Below, piece by piece: positions 37,950 through 47,080 of a DNA stretch of 59,057 bases (position 1 is the stretch's first letter; each line of letters begins with the position of its first letter). Under the pieces are notes generated by a model. It had not been told where the DNA came from. It saw only the letters and a list, made by a program, of their open reading frames with translations, and ran no database searches. The translations under genes were made by a program, and so were the position numbers. Source of the DNA: a virus (taxonomy: Duplodnaviria; Caudoviricetes); IMG/VR virus record IMGVR_UViG_3300037524_000403, positions 1-59,057 of that record; one strand, 5' to 3'.

Positions 37950-38218
37950 TCTCTATCGTTCTCAATCTGATAGGGAGGGGTGATCAGCGCTGGGGGCAGC
38001 TCAGCATCAGGCCGGTTGCCGTAGATGGAGTAGGTGTTCCCGTATCCATCCTTTTTCCACATATTGTTAGTGCCGTATTCAAAGATCAGCCCATTCGAGC
38101 TTTCCTTAAACATCCTCCCGCTATCGCAGTACGTAAATCCATTTACGTTTGTCCTGCAATTCTCTGCATATGCGGGAGAGGCAAGGGCCATAGCCAGCAG
38201 TGCGATTGGGTGTTTCAC
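37946..38218 (-). CDS. Small exported protein
   Basis: Signal peptide MKHPIALLAMALASPAYA. Confidence 0.6.
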   Translation of the reverse strand: MKHPIALLAMALASPAYAENCRTNVNGFTYCDSGRMFKESSNGLIFEYGTNNMWKKDGYGNTYSIYGNRPDAELPPALITPPYQIENDRE

Positions 38219-38431
38219 GAGGCGACCTTTCTAACGTGGAGGATTGCCTGCTCCATCCCCTCTGCCGTCCTGACAATCATGGGGATGCCTGACGTGGTAG
38301 AGAGGACAATTCTACCATGCCTCTCACGGAAGCCAAGGACCTCTCCCAGCTCATCGGGCACGTGGTAGACCAAAGGAGCATGACCAGGGATGGTCAGCAG
38401 CACCTCGCTCCACCTCTCAACCGGCCTATTG

Positions 38432-38638
38432 TTAATCAGACTGAACATAGACCTTCTCCTCCTTGAATCCCAGGATCTCAAGCAACCTCTTGCTGGGCTT
38501 GCGCTGGCCGTTCAGGACATAGGAGACAAAGGCTTTGGAGAAGTCATTGTCAGCAGCCCAAGTAGCAGCGTTTCCAGCCTTGGCCACATCACTCTTTAGT
38601 TTCTTTCTTACGTCCTCGACGCTTAGATACTTCGGCAT
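38432..38638 (-). CDS. Small Cro/XRE-like HTH protein
   Basis: SKAFVSYVLNGQRKPS. Confidence 0.65.
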   Translation of the reverse strand: MPKYLSVEDVRKKLKSDVAKAGNAATWAADNDFSKAFVSYVLNGQRKPSKRLLEILGFKEEKVYVQSD

Positions 38639-38833
38639 CACTCTCACCAAATAGTTTCAGGCAACTGTGGACCCCATCATCAAATCCCCATTTGTAAAGC
38701 GGGGAGAGGATTCCGTAGCGGTTTCCAATTCTGGACTCCCGCCACTTCTCAATCTTCTTTCTTGCCCACTCCCTCGCCTCGGATTTGGACACGACATCCG
38801 CTGAAGGTAAGGCTGCTTTGCTCCGCCGCATTG

Positions 38834-39328
38834 TCACGACCCGACCCTCCGCCGACGGTCCCCGCGAGTAAAATCATCAGCCAGGCGCATCTCTCTTTTC
38901 TTTCTTACATGGTTCCTCCAATAAGCTCTGTGGCGATCTCTATTCTCCTCTACGTTCTTCCTAACGCGCTCTTTTAAGCACGTCCTACACCTTCGTATTC
39001 CGTGCTTATCTATTTGGGTGTTTTCCGGCGTCATCTTGTGCCCACGCCGACAAGAGGCGCGCCCCTTATTGATGATATCGGAAGTGTTTTCCTTGTACGT
39101 CCCGGACCTCAAGTGTGCCGGGTTCACGCAAGAGGGATTGTCGCACTCATGCAAAATGATCTCCCCTCGTGGGATCTCTCCGACAAGCATCTCATACGCA
39201 AAGCGGTGGGCCTTGAGAGGGACGCCCTCTAGAACAAACTGGCCATACCCTTTGGGGTTGGCTGACGCATCCCATAGCCAACATCCGCTATTGGGCTCGT
39301 ACGTCACCTTTTTCCAGAATCGTTCCAT
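38834..39328 (-). CDS. HNH endonuclease (paralog of 36275..36766)
   Basis: GCWLW, AHRFAY and LHECDNPSCVNPAHL motifs. Confidence 0.88.
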   Translation of the reverse strand: MERFWKKVTYEPNSGCWLWDASANPKGYGQFVLEGVPLKAHRFAYEMLVGEIPRGEIILHECDNPSCVNPAHLRSGTYKENTSDIINKGRASCRRGHKMTPENTQIDKHGIRRCRTCLKERVRKNVEENRDRHRAYWRNHVRKKREMRLADDFTRGDRRRRVGS

Positions 39329-39672
39329 CCGCGTATCTCTACAAAGCAACCTGACAAGTCTTTTGAATACCAAGCCAGCATTAGCTTCTCTATCAGACTG
39401 TCATCTTCAATTACGCCAGATAAGACGAGTGCATCGAGTATTGATTTTCCATAATTATCGACATCTCTACGCCTTCTGTCTGGCTTTATAAGAAGGATTC
39501 TGACTGTCACCTTGCCAGGGATATGGACCAGCCCCTGGCTCTTGATCGCAGCGCCTACCTCTCGCAGCCACGCTTGATACCTCGTGGTTTTTACGCGCCC
39601 TCTCTTCGTGTTGAAGAAGAGGTTATTGACGCTGAGTGGGAAGGGCAGCCGGTACGAGACACATTTGGCCAG
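39304..39672 (-). CDS. rusA: RusA-like Holliday junction resolvase (start uncertain: CTG 39672 or ATG 39873)
   Basis: LPFPLSVN, PDRRRRDVDNYGKSILDAL and IEDDS motifs. Confidence 0.85.
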   Translation of the reverse strand: MAKCVSYRLPFPLSVNNLFFNTKRGRVKTTRYQAWLREVGAAIKSQGLVHIPGKVTVRILLIKPDRRRRDVDNYGKSILDALVLSGVIEDDSLIEKLMLAWYSKDLSGCFVEIRGWNDSGKR

Positions 39673-39695
39673 CCGCCCTTCCGCTCCCCCACCTC

Positions 39696-39941
39696 CTAGC
39701 CGCCCGAGGCCGGAGGTATCTTTGTTGATGTCATCTCGCCCGTCGCAATTGGGATTGCCGGGACCTCGATTGTCCCCACGCTGGTTGCCTTCAGCAGATG
39801 AACCTTCACTCCGAAGTTCTCGGCCACCAGGTTCTTTGCGTGTTCCGCCGCTTCCAGTTTTGTGTCGAACCATTCGGGGGGAGACTCATTTGCTTCTGAC
39901 CAAACTCCCCAAATCTCTGGGGGCATCACTACTTCACTCAT
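39696..39941 (-). CDS. Hypothetical protein
   Basis: ATGA-coupled within the leftward operon. Confidence 0.5.
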   Translation of the reverse strand: MSEVVMPPEIWGVWSEANESPPEWFDTKLEAAEHAKNLVAENFGVKVHLLKATSVGTIEVPAIPIATGEMTSTKIPPASGG

Positions 39942-40288
39942 CGTCGTGCTACTCCACGGTGCGCCGCTGTTTGAAACTCACGCTCATTTGCACTCTGCGT
40001 TTGGTAGACTGAGACTGTATGCCGAGCCGCCTCTTGTAAGGCTTTCAACTTTTCCCACTCACCCCACGCTATTGCCTCTTCATCGCAAGCCCTCTTGTAT
40101 TCGTCCGTCAGTCTGGCCAGGGCTTTCTTGGCCTCAACGGTTTTCCCTTCGGCCCTTTGATACTCAAAGGCCTCCTGCACCTCGCGCATATACTCCGCAC
40201 GAAGGACACGTTCCTTTGCCGCTCCTAATGCAGCGGCATTATCAGCCATAAACTCAATGGCCTTTTCTGCCTCTTCGTCAGAGATCAT
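39938..40288 (-). CDS. Helical coiled-coil protein in recombination cluster
   Basis: Coupled ORF with helical composition. Confidence 0.55.
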   Translation of the reverse strand: MISDEEAEKAIEFMADNAAALGAAKERVLRAEYMREVQEAFEYQRAEGKTVEAKKALARLTDEYKRACDEEAIAWGEWEKLKALQEAARHTVSVYQTQSANEREFQTAAHRGVARR

Positions 40289-40479
40289 GGATCAGAGACA
40301 TCGTTGAAGGCCTCAAGAACAATTTGATAGGCCTCTTTCACAGTTGCCAAGTGGCATTCCAATGCTGTTAAAACAGCTTTGTGCTGCTCAACAGTGAATT
40401 GCATTGTGGCCTCCACCTCTTCATCTTTTTTATACGGAACCTCAGGAGGCGGCTTAGGCTTGGGCGGCTTCGGCAACAT
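40285..40479 (-). CDS. Hypothetical protein
   Basis: Coupled ORF. Confidence 0.5.
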   Translation of the reverse strand: MLPKPPKPKPPPEVPYKKDEEVEATMQFTVEQHKAVLTALECHLATVKEAYQIVLEAFNDVSDP

Positions 40480-40673
40480 TACTCCTTCTCCGCGTTCTTC
40501 TCTTTGTATTCAGTTGCCCACTGCGTCAGCAGATCAGCAAACAAATGGGTATATACAGTGCATTGGCCGTAGTGGAGTTGGCATAGATCCTTGGACACAG
40601 CCATCATATCGCTATAGCTCAGCTCATTTATTGCGGTGGCAAGATCGTCGATCTTGTACTTGTAATCGCTCAT
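40479..40673 (-). CDS. Hypothetical protein
   Basis: Coupled ORF. Confidence 0.5.
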   Translation of the reverse strand: MSDYKYKIDDLATAINELSYSDMMAVSKDLCQLHYGQCTVYTHLFADLLTQWATEYKEKNAEKE

Positions 40674-40845
40674 TTTTCATGATCCCCTTTGTGCCACTGG
40701 AGAAAGGCCATAAGGTCAGCCAAATTCGTGAAGCAAAACGTGCTGCCTCGCAGATGAGCCTCTGGGCGATCATTCACCGTAAGGGCGTAAGAGTTCCCAG
40801 CCTCTTTTATGATGATGATCTTATCGTAATCGAACACATTGATTT

Positions 40846-41055
40846 TCATTGCTGAATATCCGCCATTGCCTGGACTCTATCCAACAGAGATTCGACGAGG
40901 GTTCGTGTATTTGCGATTCCTGCCAGACACGCCAACGCAAGTAGGCTGTTTGCCAACTCCCGTACTTCCGTTGGGAAGTCGTTCTGAAGCCGCTCGATCT
41001 TTGCTTGCACCTCGGGTGACCCCAACGCTCGCTCGTCTCGGAAGAGTGTAGCCAT
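40846..41055 (-). CDS. Hypothetical protein
   Basis: GAGG RBS. Confidence 0.5.
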   Translation of the reverse strand: MATLFRDERALGSPEVQAKIERLQNDFPTEVRELANSLLALACLAGIANTRTLVESLLDRVQAMADIQQ

Positions 41056-41220
41056 TAGTTACCTCAGACTCCAAAATTCTAAGCAACTCAGCCTCTATGA
41101 TCCGTGCTCCACGGCGAGGCTCAGGAATGGGAAGCGAGTCTACGATCTTCATCGCAAGCTCCAGGGCCTCCCTCAGACCGGCACGCCGCCCACGCTGGTA
41201 GAAAACATCATCCTCAGCCG

Positions 41221-41664
41221 TCATGGTTCTTGCTCCCAGTCTCCATTCAGCTCTTCCGGCCATTCCTGGCTTTGTGCAGGAGGTGCTTGGTTGCGAGGTG
41301 GCTGGGCAGGCCGCTGAAAGCGCGAAGGTGCTGAGCGAGGCGGAGGGTCACCGATGCTATCTTCAAAATAGGCCTTCTGGACCCTTGCTTGCTCTTGGCG
41401 CTGGGCGCTCTCCCTACGGGCCTCATCCTTGGGCCTCACAGAGATGGAGAAAAACTCCTCTCCAGTCTTGCTTGACCGCTTGACCCACATGGAAGCCCAT
41501 ACCTCAACCCCATTGACCAATCCCTGGCCGGTGAAATCAGGATGCTTGTCCGATGCTTTTCTTTCGTTGGGGAACAGCGCCATCTCGTTGTCCCGGCGCT
41601 CGCGCTGAGGCCGACCGTTTCGTGGTCGGTTGAACCTCGGTCTTGGTTGTGACCAGGTGGACAT
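41221..41664 (-). CDS. Putative ssDNA-binding protein (DUF736-like)
   Basis: LFPNERKASDKHPDFTG...WASMW motif; acidic tail. Confidence 0.6.
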   Translation of the reverse strand: MSTWSQPRPRFNRPRNGRPQRERRDNEMALFPNERKASDKHPDFTGQGLVNGVEVWASMWVKRSSKTGEEFFSISVRPKDEARRESAQRQEQARVQKAYFEDSIGDPPPRSAPSRFQRPAQPPRNQAPPAQSQEWPEELNGDWEQEP

Positions 41665-42394
41665 TCTTCAACTCCTCTATGGTTTGCATAGCCTTTGCCA
41701 ATTCCCGACACCGCAGGAAGGCATCAATGTAGATTTGCTGGCGGGCCATTCTGCCCACCTCCAGCGCCCCAGACTTTTTGTCTAGGCGAACAATCATCCA
41801 CTGCTGGATTTGAATGTCTGGACGCATCTCCTCCAGGGCATTCGTGTATGCAGCGATCTGCATAAACATCTCTGGGTAGATGCCGGATGATGTCTTGATG
41901 TCTGCGATGGTCACTTGCCCGTCGACGTGAGCGATGATGTCGGCGGTGCCCGCATACCACCACTGCTTGCTGAATAGGATCTGCTCGGCAGCAATCAGCT
42001 TGATCTCAGTCTTCCGACGCCAATCAAGGAAGGCGTTGCAGGCTTTCAATGACTCTTCCGAGGTGGGGGAAGCCATTGGCTTGCCCTTTAGACAAGCCTC
42101 AACAATTGAATGGACCTCTGATCCAATTCCAGCCGCATCATTCTTTGCTTTATTGTGAGCGGTGGCCGCTTCCCGACAAAGAAGCTCAATCTCATTCTTG
42201 CTCAAACCCTCACGCCAATTGTTTTTGACGTGGTTTGCCGCCATTGAGGCAGCCCATTGAATGAGCGCTGGCTTATTGATTGTCTTGAGGATGGAGGTAA
42301 CACCGGCAGCAGGTGTGCCGTTAAACTGGTAGACGTGCCGCTCCTCATTAAATGTCAGCTCCCCGCCGTAGACCTTGAGCGATTTGTTGGGCAC
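41537..42394 (-). CDS. PD-(D/E)XK exonuclease
   Basis: GVTSIL, GSEVH, YAGTADII, IADIKTS and QIAAY motifs; GTG start with GGAGAG RBS. Confidence 0.85.
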   Translation of the reverse strand: MPNKSLKVYGGELTFNEERHVYQFNGTPAAGVTSILKTINKPALIQWAASMAANHVKNNWREGLSKNEIELLCREAATAHNKAKNDAAGIGSEVHSIVEACLKGKPMASPTSEESLKACNAFLDWRRKTEIKLIAAEQILFSKQWWYAGTADIIAHVDGQVTIADIKTSSGIYPEMFMQIAAYTNALEEMRPDIQIQQWMIVRLDKKSGALEVGRMARQQIYIDAFLRCRELAKAMQTIEELKNVHLVTTKTEVQPTTKRSASARAPGQRDGAVPQRKKSIGQAS

Positions 42395-42516
42395 GTATCT
42401 CTCCGTTACCAAGAAAGGAAGGCCACGTTGGCAACAAGCGCATCTGGCCAAGGAGGGAACCAGAGCGGGACCACGGGGAGTTGGCTGCTGCTCAGCCGTG
42501 GCCTTCCATGTACGCG

Positions 42517-42545
42517 AAGGTACATAACCTTGCGTTACCCGTCAA
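42517..42545 (-). promoter_or_regulatory. Leftward early promoter with operator in the spacer
   Basis: TTGACG-N17-TACCTT; the spacer is GGTAAC-GCAAG-GTTATG. Confidence 0.75.
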
Positions 42546-42620
42546 CCCGAGAAGTTGCGCTTCCCTGTGGACAACTCGATATGTTGACCTAGATCAATAC
42601 CTGCGACATTTTGGTAGAGT

Positions 42621-42923
42621 TCAGACGATCCGTCGTTTAGCTTTGCCGAGGTTCTTGTTGATCCGTTCGACTAAAGCCATTGAAAGGCCAGACAAATCTC
42701 CGCGATAGATCCAGTCTAGGGTTAGTCCCCATGCGTCACACATCAAGACGCCAACCTCCCAAGGAGGCCGACGCGCGCCAGACTCATACATCGTCTGAGC
42801 CTCGCGAGTTATCCCTAGAGGCTTTGCAAAGCCGCGCTGCGTTATGCCGATTGCCATCCTCGTTATGCGAATCCGCTCGCCTACAGAGATTGCAGTGTAG
42901 ATCTCTGGATCTTTCTGCTTCAT
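42621..42923 (-). CDS. CI-like XRE repressor (no peptidase domain)
   Basis: GERIRITRMAIGITQRGFA...YESGARRP...TLDWIYRG; divergent from the cro-like gene. Confidence 0.8.
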   Translation of the reverse strand: MKQKDPEIYTAISVGERIRITRMAIGITQRGFAKPLGITREAQTMYESGARRPPWEVGVLMCDAWGLTLDWIYRGDLSGLSMALVERINKNLGKAKRRIV

Positions 42924-43042
42924 CGATTCTCCCCCTGGTAACAGGGCGGGTTTACCCCGGTTATAGTTCTCATGCAATTGTAACATCGCGTGTACTCATT
43001 GGACATACGCCCACCACCCGGCGCATGTATTGTTAAGGGTGC

Positions 43043-43070
43043 TTGACACCACGTAACCCTGAGTTATGCT
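43043..43070 (+). promoter_or_regulatory. Rightward early promoter with operator
   Basis: TTGACA-N16-TATGCT overlapping CGTAAC-CCTGA-GTTATG. Confidence 0.7.
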
Positions 43071-43096
43071 GTGTCATCGGTACAGTGGGTGGGACA

Positions 43097-43315
43097 ATGA
43101 TCGATTCAATCGAGAAGCTTGTTGATGCGTTTGAAGGCCCAACCAAGTTGGGTCAAATCTTGGGATGCACGAGCCAGAACATTTCGCTCTGGTCGCTACG
43201 TGGAGAGATCCCGCCGGGGTGGCACTATAGACTCCACCTTCTCGCTGAGGCCAAGGGGCTTGCTTACAACAAGCATAAGCTCTTTGGAGTTCCCAAAGGC
43301 TTCGGGAAAATCTGA
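43097..43315 (+). CDS. Cro-like repressor
   Basis: GPTKLGQILGCTSQNISLW..RGEIP. Confidence 0.75.
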   Translation: MIDSIEKLVDAFEGPTKLGQILGCTSQNISLWSLRGEIPPGWHYRLHLLAEAKGLAYNKHKLFGVPKGFGKI

Positions 43316-43326
43316 AAGTAACAGAT

Positions 43327-43362
43327 GGCTAGGTGAATAACAAGGCACCTAGCCTCTTTTTT
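43327..43362 (+). terminator. Intrinsic terminator (tR1-like)
   Basis: GGCTAGGTG-N10-CACCTAGCC followed by TCTTTTTT. Confidence 0.7.
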
Positions 43363-43379
43363 AGCTATGGGGTAACTCA

Positions 43380-44060
43380 ATGTTACTGGACGAGGTTAAT
43401 AGGTCAAAGGTTTACGTGTGGACTGAGGAGGCTGACGAGCGGCTGCTGAGGCTGCGCAAGCAGGGCTACTCCTACCCACGGATAGCCGAGATGATGGACA
43501 TCCCCTCCGAGGGCGTTGTCAGGCGGCGGGTTGAGAAGCTGACCCCCATAGGAGAGCAGCGCCCCCTTGGTCCCTTCCGCCCCTTCACGGACGAGGAAAA
43601 GGAGGAGTTCAAAAAGCTCTTTCTGGATGGGGTATCAATGAGTGACATCGCCGCCAAGATGGGCAGGACCAAGGGTTCTGTCTGTGGAATGCGGCTGAGG
43701 ATGGGGTTACCTAAGCGGATAAGGATTGCCAAGCCTGGAGAGCCGAACCCCTACGGCTGCCAGATCAGCAAGACGCGGCTGAGGCAGCGCTGCGATGGAA
43801 AGCCCAGGGCTCCCAAGATTGCCAAGGACCCGTCAGCCCTCAGGGAGGCTGAGCAGCGTCTAGCAGAGGCAGCGGACGTGGGCTTTCACGGTGGCGGGCT
43901 GACCTTTGCTCAGCTCACCCCGTCTTGCTGCCGTTTCATCAAGGGCGAGGTGCAGGACCCTGCCCATCGCTACTGCGGCTCCAAGGTAGTGCCCGGTCAT
44001 AGCTGGTGCCGCCACCACATGGGAGTGGTGTTCCGCCCGGAGCAATCCCGTGTTCGATGA
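43380..44060 (+). CDS. GcrA-like transcription regulator with two N-terminal HTH repeats
   Basis: WTEEADERL and FTDEEKEEFKKLFLDGVSMSDIAAKMGRTKGSV; C-terminal CCRFIKGE...YCG...WCRHH. Confidence 0.75.
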   Translation: MLLDEVNRSKVYVWTEEADERLLRLRKQGYSYPRIAEMMDIPSEGVVRRRVEKLTPIGEQRPLGPFRPFTDEEKEEFKKLFLDGVSMSDIAAKMGRTKGSVCGMRLRMGLPKRIRIAKPGEPNPYGCQISKTRLRQRCDGKPRAPKIAKDPSALREAEQRLAEAADVGFHGGGLTFAQLTPSCCRFIKGEVQDPAHRYCGSKVVPGHSWCRHHMGVVFRPEQSRVR

Positions 44061-44529
44061 TATCGAGCTGGCTCCAAAGGAAAAGAAAGAAGAGCCCAAG
44101 CCCAAGAAGAAGATCAAGCGCAGACTTTGGGAGCCATCTCCAGAATACATCAAGATGGTCATCGACACCCTGATAGAGGAGGGGTTCCCAAAGACTCGGA
44201 TCAAGTTCCGTAAGGGCGAGCGGAAGGTCCGATTACTTTTGAAGTGCCGTGGGTACGATGAGATCCACTTTGTATTCCGCAAGTTTTACACGCCGCATCA
44301 TGTCCGCCAATTCTTGAAACTCATGTACCGCTGGGATGAGCCCGGCAGGAGGCCAAAACGTGGACGACCCAGAAAACCAAAAACCCCAAATCCTAAAAAG
44401 CCTAGAGCCTTGGACAGAAGAACTAAAGCCTGGCGTAAGCAGAGGATTCACAAATTTAAGTCGGCTCAGACAGGAATCACTTATCCGCTGCTACCAAAAC
44501 GGCGTCGAGCAAAGCTGGCCCCTAAATAG
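44050..44529 (+). CDS. Basic hypothetical protein with AT-hook-like motif
   Basis: KRGRPRKPK. Confidence 0.5.
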   Translation: MFDDIELAPKEKKEEPKPKKKIKRRLWEPSPEYIKMVIDTLIEEGFPKTRIKFRKGERKVRLLLKCRGYDEIHFVFRKFYTPHHVRQFLKLMYRWDEPGRRPKRGRPRKPKTPNPKKPRALDRRTKAWRKQRIHKFKSAQTGITYPLLPKRRRAKLAPK

Positions 44530-44678
44530 CCCCTGCTCGCATCAGCTCGGCCCATACGGCTGGCTCTCTGACACCCTGCTTTCTGGGTACTCCTGCTACC
44601 GCAAGGGGGACGGGACTTTGTACGTCTATCGAACCGTCATTGTGAACGGTGAAACTGATTGGAACTGGAGTTAGTAAA

Positions 44679-45530
44679 ATGAGTGTTTATCAATTCGTAC
44701 GTGCAAAGAAAGCCGGAGATCCGTTCGCCAAGGCGGTACTGATTGCACTGGCTCACTATGCGAACTGGGAGTGGGGGCATTGCTTCCCCAGCGCCCAGAC
44801 CATCGCAAACGATTGCGAGTGTACCGAGAAGACGGTCAGGACTAAGCTCGAATATCTAGTCCAGAAGGGCCTCATTTCGATCCAGCAAAGGCCAGGAAAA
44901 ACCCCGGTCATAACCCTGACTGGGTACCGCGAATGGTTTCTTGAGAGTGAAAAACGTGCTGGTGCTACCCCGGTAAGCCTTACCGACCCTACCCAGTTGG
45001 GTAGGTCCGGTAACCCCGGTAAGCCGTACCGGGGTACCCCGGAATCCTACGACGCCACCCCGGTAAGCCACGCCATGACCCCGGTACCCGGTACCGACGA
45101 ACTTATAATAGAACAGTATAATAACTATAATATACAGCAGGACCGGGCTACGTCGGTGGACGCTTGGGAGGCGTCCCCTCCTCCGCCCTCCAAATCAAGT
45201 GAAGTGAAGTGGGCATCCGATCAGATCGAAAACCCCTCTTCGCCCGTGGTTCACCTTCCGAGCGGAGAAGCCCGCGAGATTGCAAAGAGGGCTGCGCTCA
45301 AGGCAGCCGCCGACAAGATCTCGACAGCCCAGTGGCCATTCGTGCGCCGGGACGAGAACCCGAAAGAGTTCGCCGCGTGGATGAACTGGTTTGAGGCGAA
45401 CGACTGTAAGGCTCAGCTCCATCTTTCAACCATCAAGGGCATGGCCCGCGTCCCCCACCTGGACGTGGATAAAGGCGCAGAGATTTTCCGCCGCAAATAT
45501 TTGTTTGACAGGCCTGCCCAAGTAGGGTAA
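44679..45530 (+). CDS. Replication initiator (N-terminal wHTH)
   Basis: AKAVLIALAHYAN...CFPSAQTIANDCECTEKTVRTKLEYL; internal iterons. Confidence 0.8.
   Translation: MSVYQFVRAKKAGDPFAKAVLIALAHYANWEWGHCFPSAQTIANDCECTEKTVRTKLEYLVQKGLISIQQRPGKTPVITLTGYREWFLESEKRAGATPVSLTDPTQLGRSGNPGKPYRGTPESYDATPVSHAMTPVPGTDELIIEQYNNYNIQQDRATSVDAWEASPPPPSKSSEVKWASDQIENPSSPVVHLPSGEAREIAKRAALKAAADKISTAQWPFVRRDENPKEFAAWMNWFEANDCKAQLHLSTIKGMARVPHLDVDKGAEIFRRKYLFDRPAQVG
44967..45135. repeat. Replication origin: ACCCCGGTAAGCC iterons plus AT-rich tract
   Basis: Exact copies at 44967, 45013 and 45057; variants at 45036 and 45078; AT-rich 45101-45135. Confidence 0.8.
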
Positions 45531-45556
45531 CACTGCGTTATCAGCCAGTGGGAGAG
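45505..45556 (+). promoter_or_regulatory. Promoter, operator and TCAGCCA-SD box
   Basis: TTGACA-N17-TAACAC; GGTAAC-ACTGC-GTTATC; TCAGCCAGTGGGAGAG before the ATG. Confidence 0.6.
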
Positions 45557-45557
45557 T

Positions 45558-45893
45558 ATGATGAGACGGATACTGTGTCGTCACCTGTTGGAGGCCACTT
45601 CGTTGGAAACCTCCGTCTCGGTTGAGGCCCTGATGGGCCGCTGCAAAACAGCCAAGATAGCCGCCGCTCGCCGCCTGATGTACTTCGCGGTCCCGGAAGT
45701 CGGTCTGGGGCTGAGCGAGATGGCCCGGTACATAGGCCGGGACCACTCCACGATCTGCAAGCTGATCCACTCGAAGGATCTCAAGGACGATGAGAGGGCC
45801 AAGGTTGAGGCCATCAAGCTGACGGCCCAACTTGTTGCCAGCGAGCATAAACGCCGCCTTCAGGACGCTTTCAGCACTGGGGTCGCGGCGTGA
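45558..45893 (+). CDS. DnaA C-terminal-like HTH protein
   Basis: AAARRLMYF...LSEMARYIGRDHSTI. Confidence 0.75.
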   Translation: MMRRILCRHLLEATSLETSVSVEALMGRCKTAKIAAARRLMYFAVPEVGLGLSEMARYIGRDHSTICKLIHSKDLKDDERAKVEAIKLTAQLVASEHKRRLQDAFSTGVAA

Positions 45894-46237
45894 TGAAGAT
45901 TTGGAAAGAGTTTTCTTTCGAGGCGTCCCACATCCTGCCGCCAAACGGTTTGCACGGGCACAGCTATCGGGTCCGCGTCACGATTACCGGCAAGCAGGAC
46001 GAAGGCGGCATGGTTATGCACATGGACGACTTTGAGAGGGCTTGTGCATATGTGCGCGGCAATCTCGATCATCGGCACTTGAACGACTTCATGGAGCATC
46101 CGACGCTGGAAAATTTGGCCAGAAAAATTGGGAAAGAAGTTCCATTGGCTGGCCGCAACCTCCAAGTGTTTCGCGTTGAGGTTTGGCGTCCGACTTGCGG
46201 GGACGGCGCGATTTGGGGAATTGCCGACGATGTATAA
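45890..46237 (+). CDS. QueD/6-pyruvoyl-tetrahydropterin synthase-like T-fold protein
   Basis: FEASH..LHGHSY, LDHRHLN and PTLENLA motifs. Confidence 0.8.
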   Translation: MMKIWKEFSFEASHILPPNGLHGHSYRVRVTITGKQDEGGMVMHMDDFERACAYVRGNLDHRHLNDFMEHPTLENLARKIGKEVPLAGRNLQVFRVEVWRPTCGDGAIWGIADDV

Positions 46238-46393
46238 AACCTCTTGGTCTTACAAATGCGAGACGTGCGGTGCGCCTTTGGTGCGCAAGAAAAAGCGTTG
46301 CGTTGATTGCGAGTATGAGCGGCACTTGGCGCAAGTCAGAAAGGACTACCATCGCAAGAAGGATCGTGAGGGGCAGAAGGTGAAAGCTGCGCA

Positions 46394-47080
46394 ATGACGA
46401 TCAAGTACCACGGAACACCGATAACACCGAAAGCACAGCTCGCCAGGATGTTTGGGCAGCACTTCTGCGTCTCGTTTGCGAGGCCAGATGACGCTGATAT
46501 GTGCGAGGAGATCGGGCAGTCTGTTCTGTGGGACAACGGCGCCTTTTCGGCCTACACGCAAAACCGCGAATTTGATGAGCAGGCTTTGTACGTTTGGTTG
46601 GAGCCCCGCTTGTACCATCCCCATCGTGCAGTTGTGTTGGATCGCATTGGTGGCGACGTGGATGCGCAGCGCGAGATGCTGAGGCGGTGGCCATTTCCGA
46701 AAGAATTAAGCTGGCCGGTTTGGCATTTGGATAAACCGCTCGATTATCTCAGTGAGCTTTCTGACGAGTACGGGGCCTTGTGTCTTGGCTCAGCGGGTTT
46801 GTACTGGGAGATTGGCTCAGTGGCTTGGACGCGACGAATGGAGCAGGTCTTTGAGCATTTAACCCGTCGAGGGCGATTGCCTTGGCTTCATGGCCTGAGA
46901 ATGCTGGGGCAGGTTTCTGAGTGGCCGTTGGCTTCTGCTGACTCCACGAATGCAGCTCAGAATTTTGCACGGGATACAGGATGCGCGCGATGCAAGGCCG
47001 AGCAAATAAACCGCCAAAATTGGCATGGCCGGAAGAAAATGGAATTGAATGTTGATCTGTTTTCGGAGCCAGCCCAATGA
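46394..47080 (+). CDS. DpdA/TGT-like putative base-exchange enzyme
   Basis: LWDNGAFS, WPVWH, LHGLRM and ASADST motifs; next to the QueD-like gene. Confidence 0.6.
   Translation: MTIKYHGTPITPKAQLARMFGQHFCVSFARPDDADMCEEIGQSVLWDNGAFSAYTQNREFDEQALYVWLEPRLYHPHRAVVLDRIGGDVDAQREMLRRWPFPKELSWPVWHLDKPLDYLSELSDEYGALCLGSAGLYWEIGSVAWTRRMEQVFEHLTRRGRLPWLHGLRMLGQVSEWPLASADSTNAAQNFARDTGCARCKAEQINRQNWHGRKKMELNVDLFSEPAQ

Noticed and set aside
39259-40723. Further TGGCTGA/TCAGCCA matches near 39259, 40242 and 40716
   Set aside because: They lie inside coding sequence with no SD or start codon following, so they were not counted as sRNA targets.
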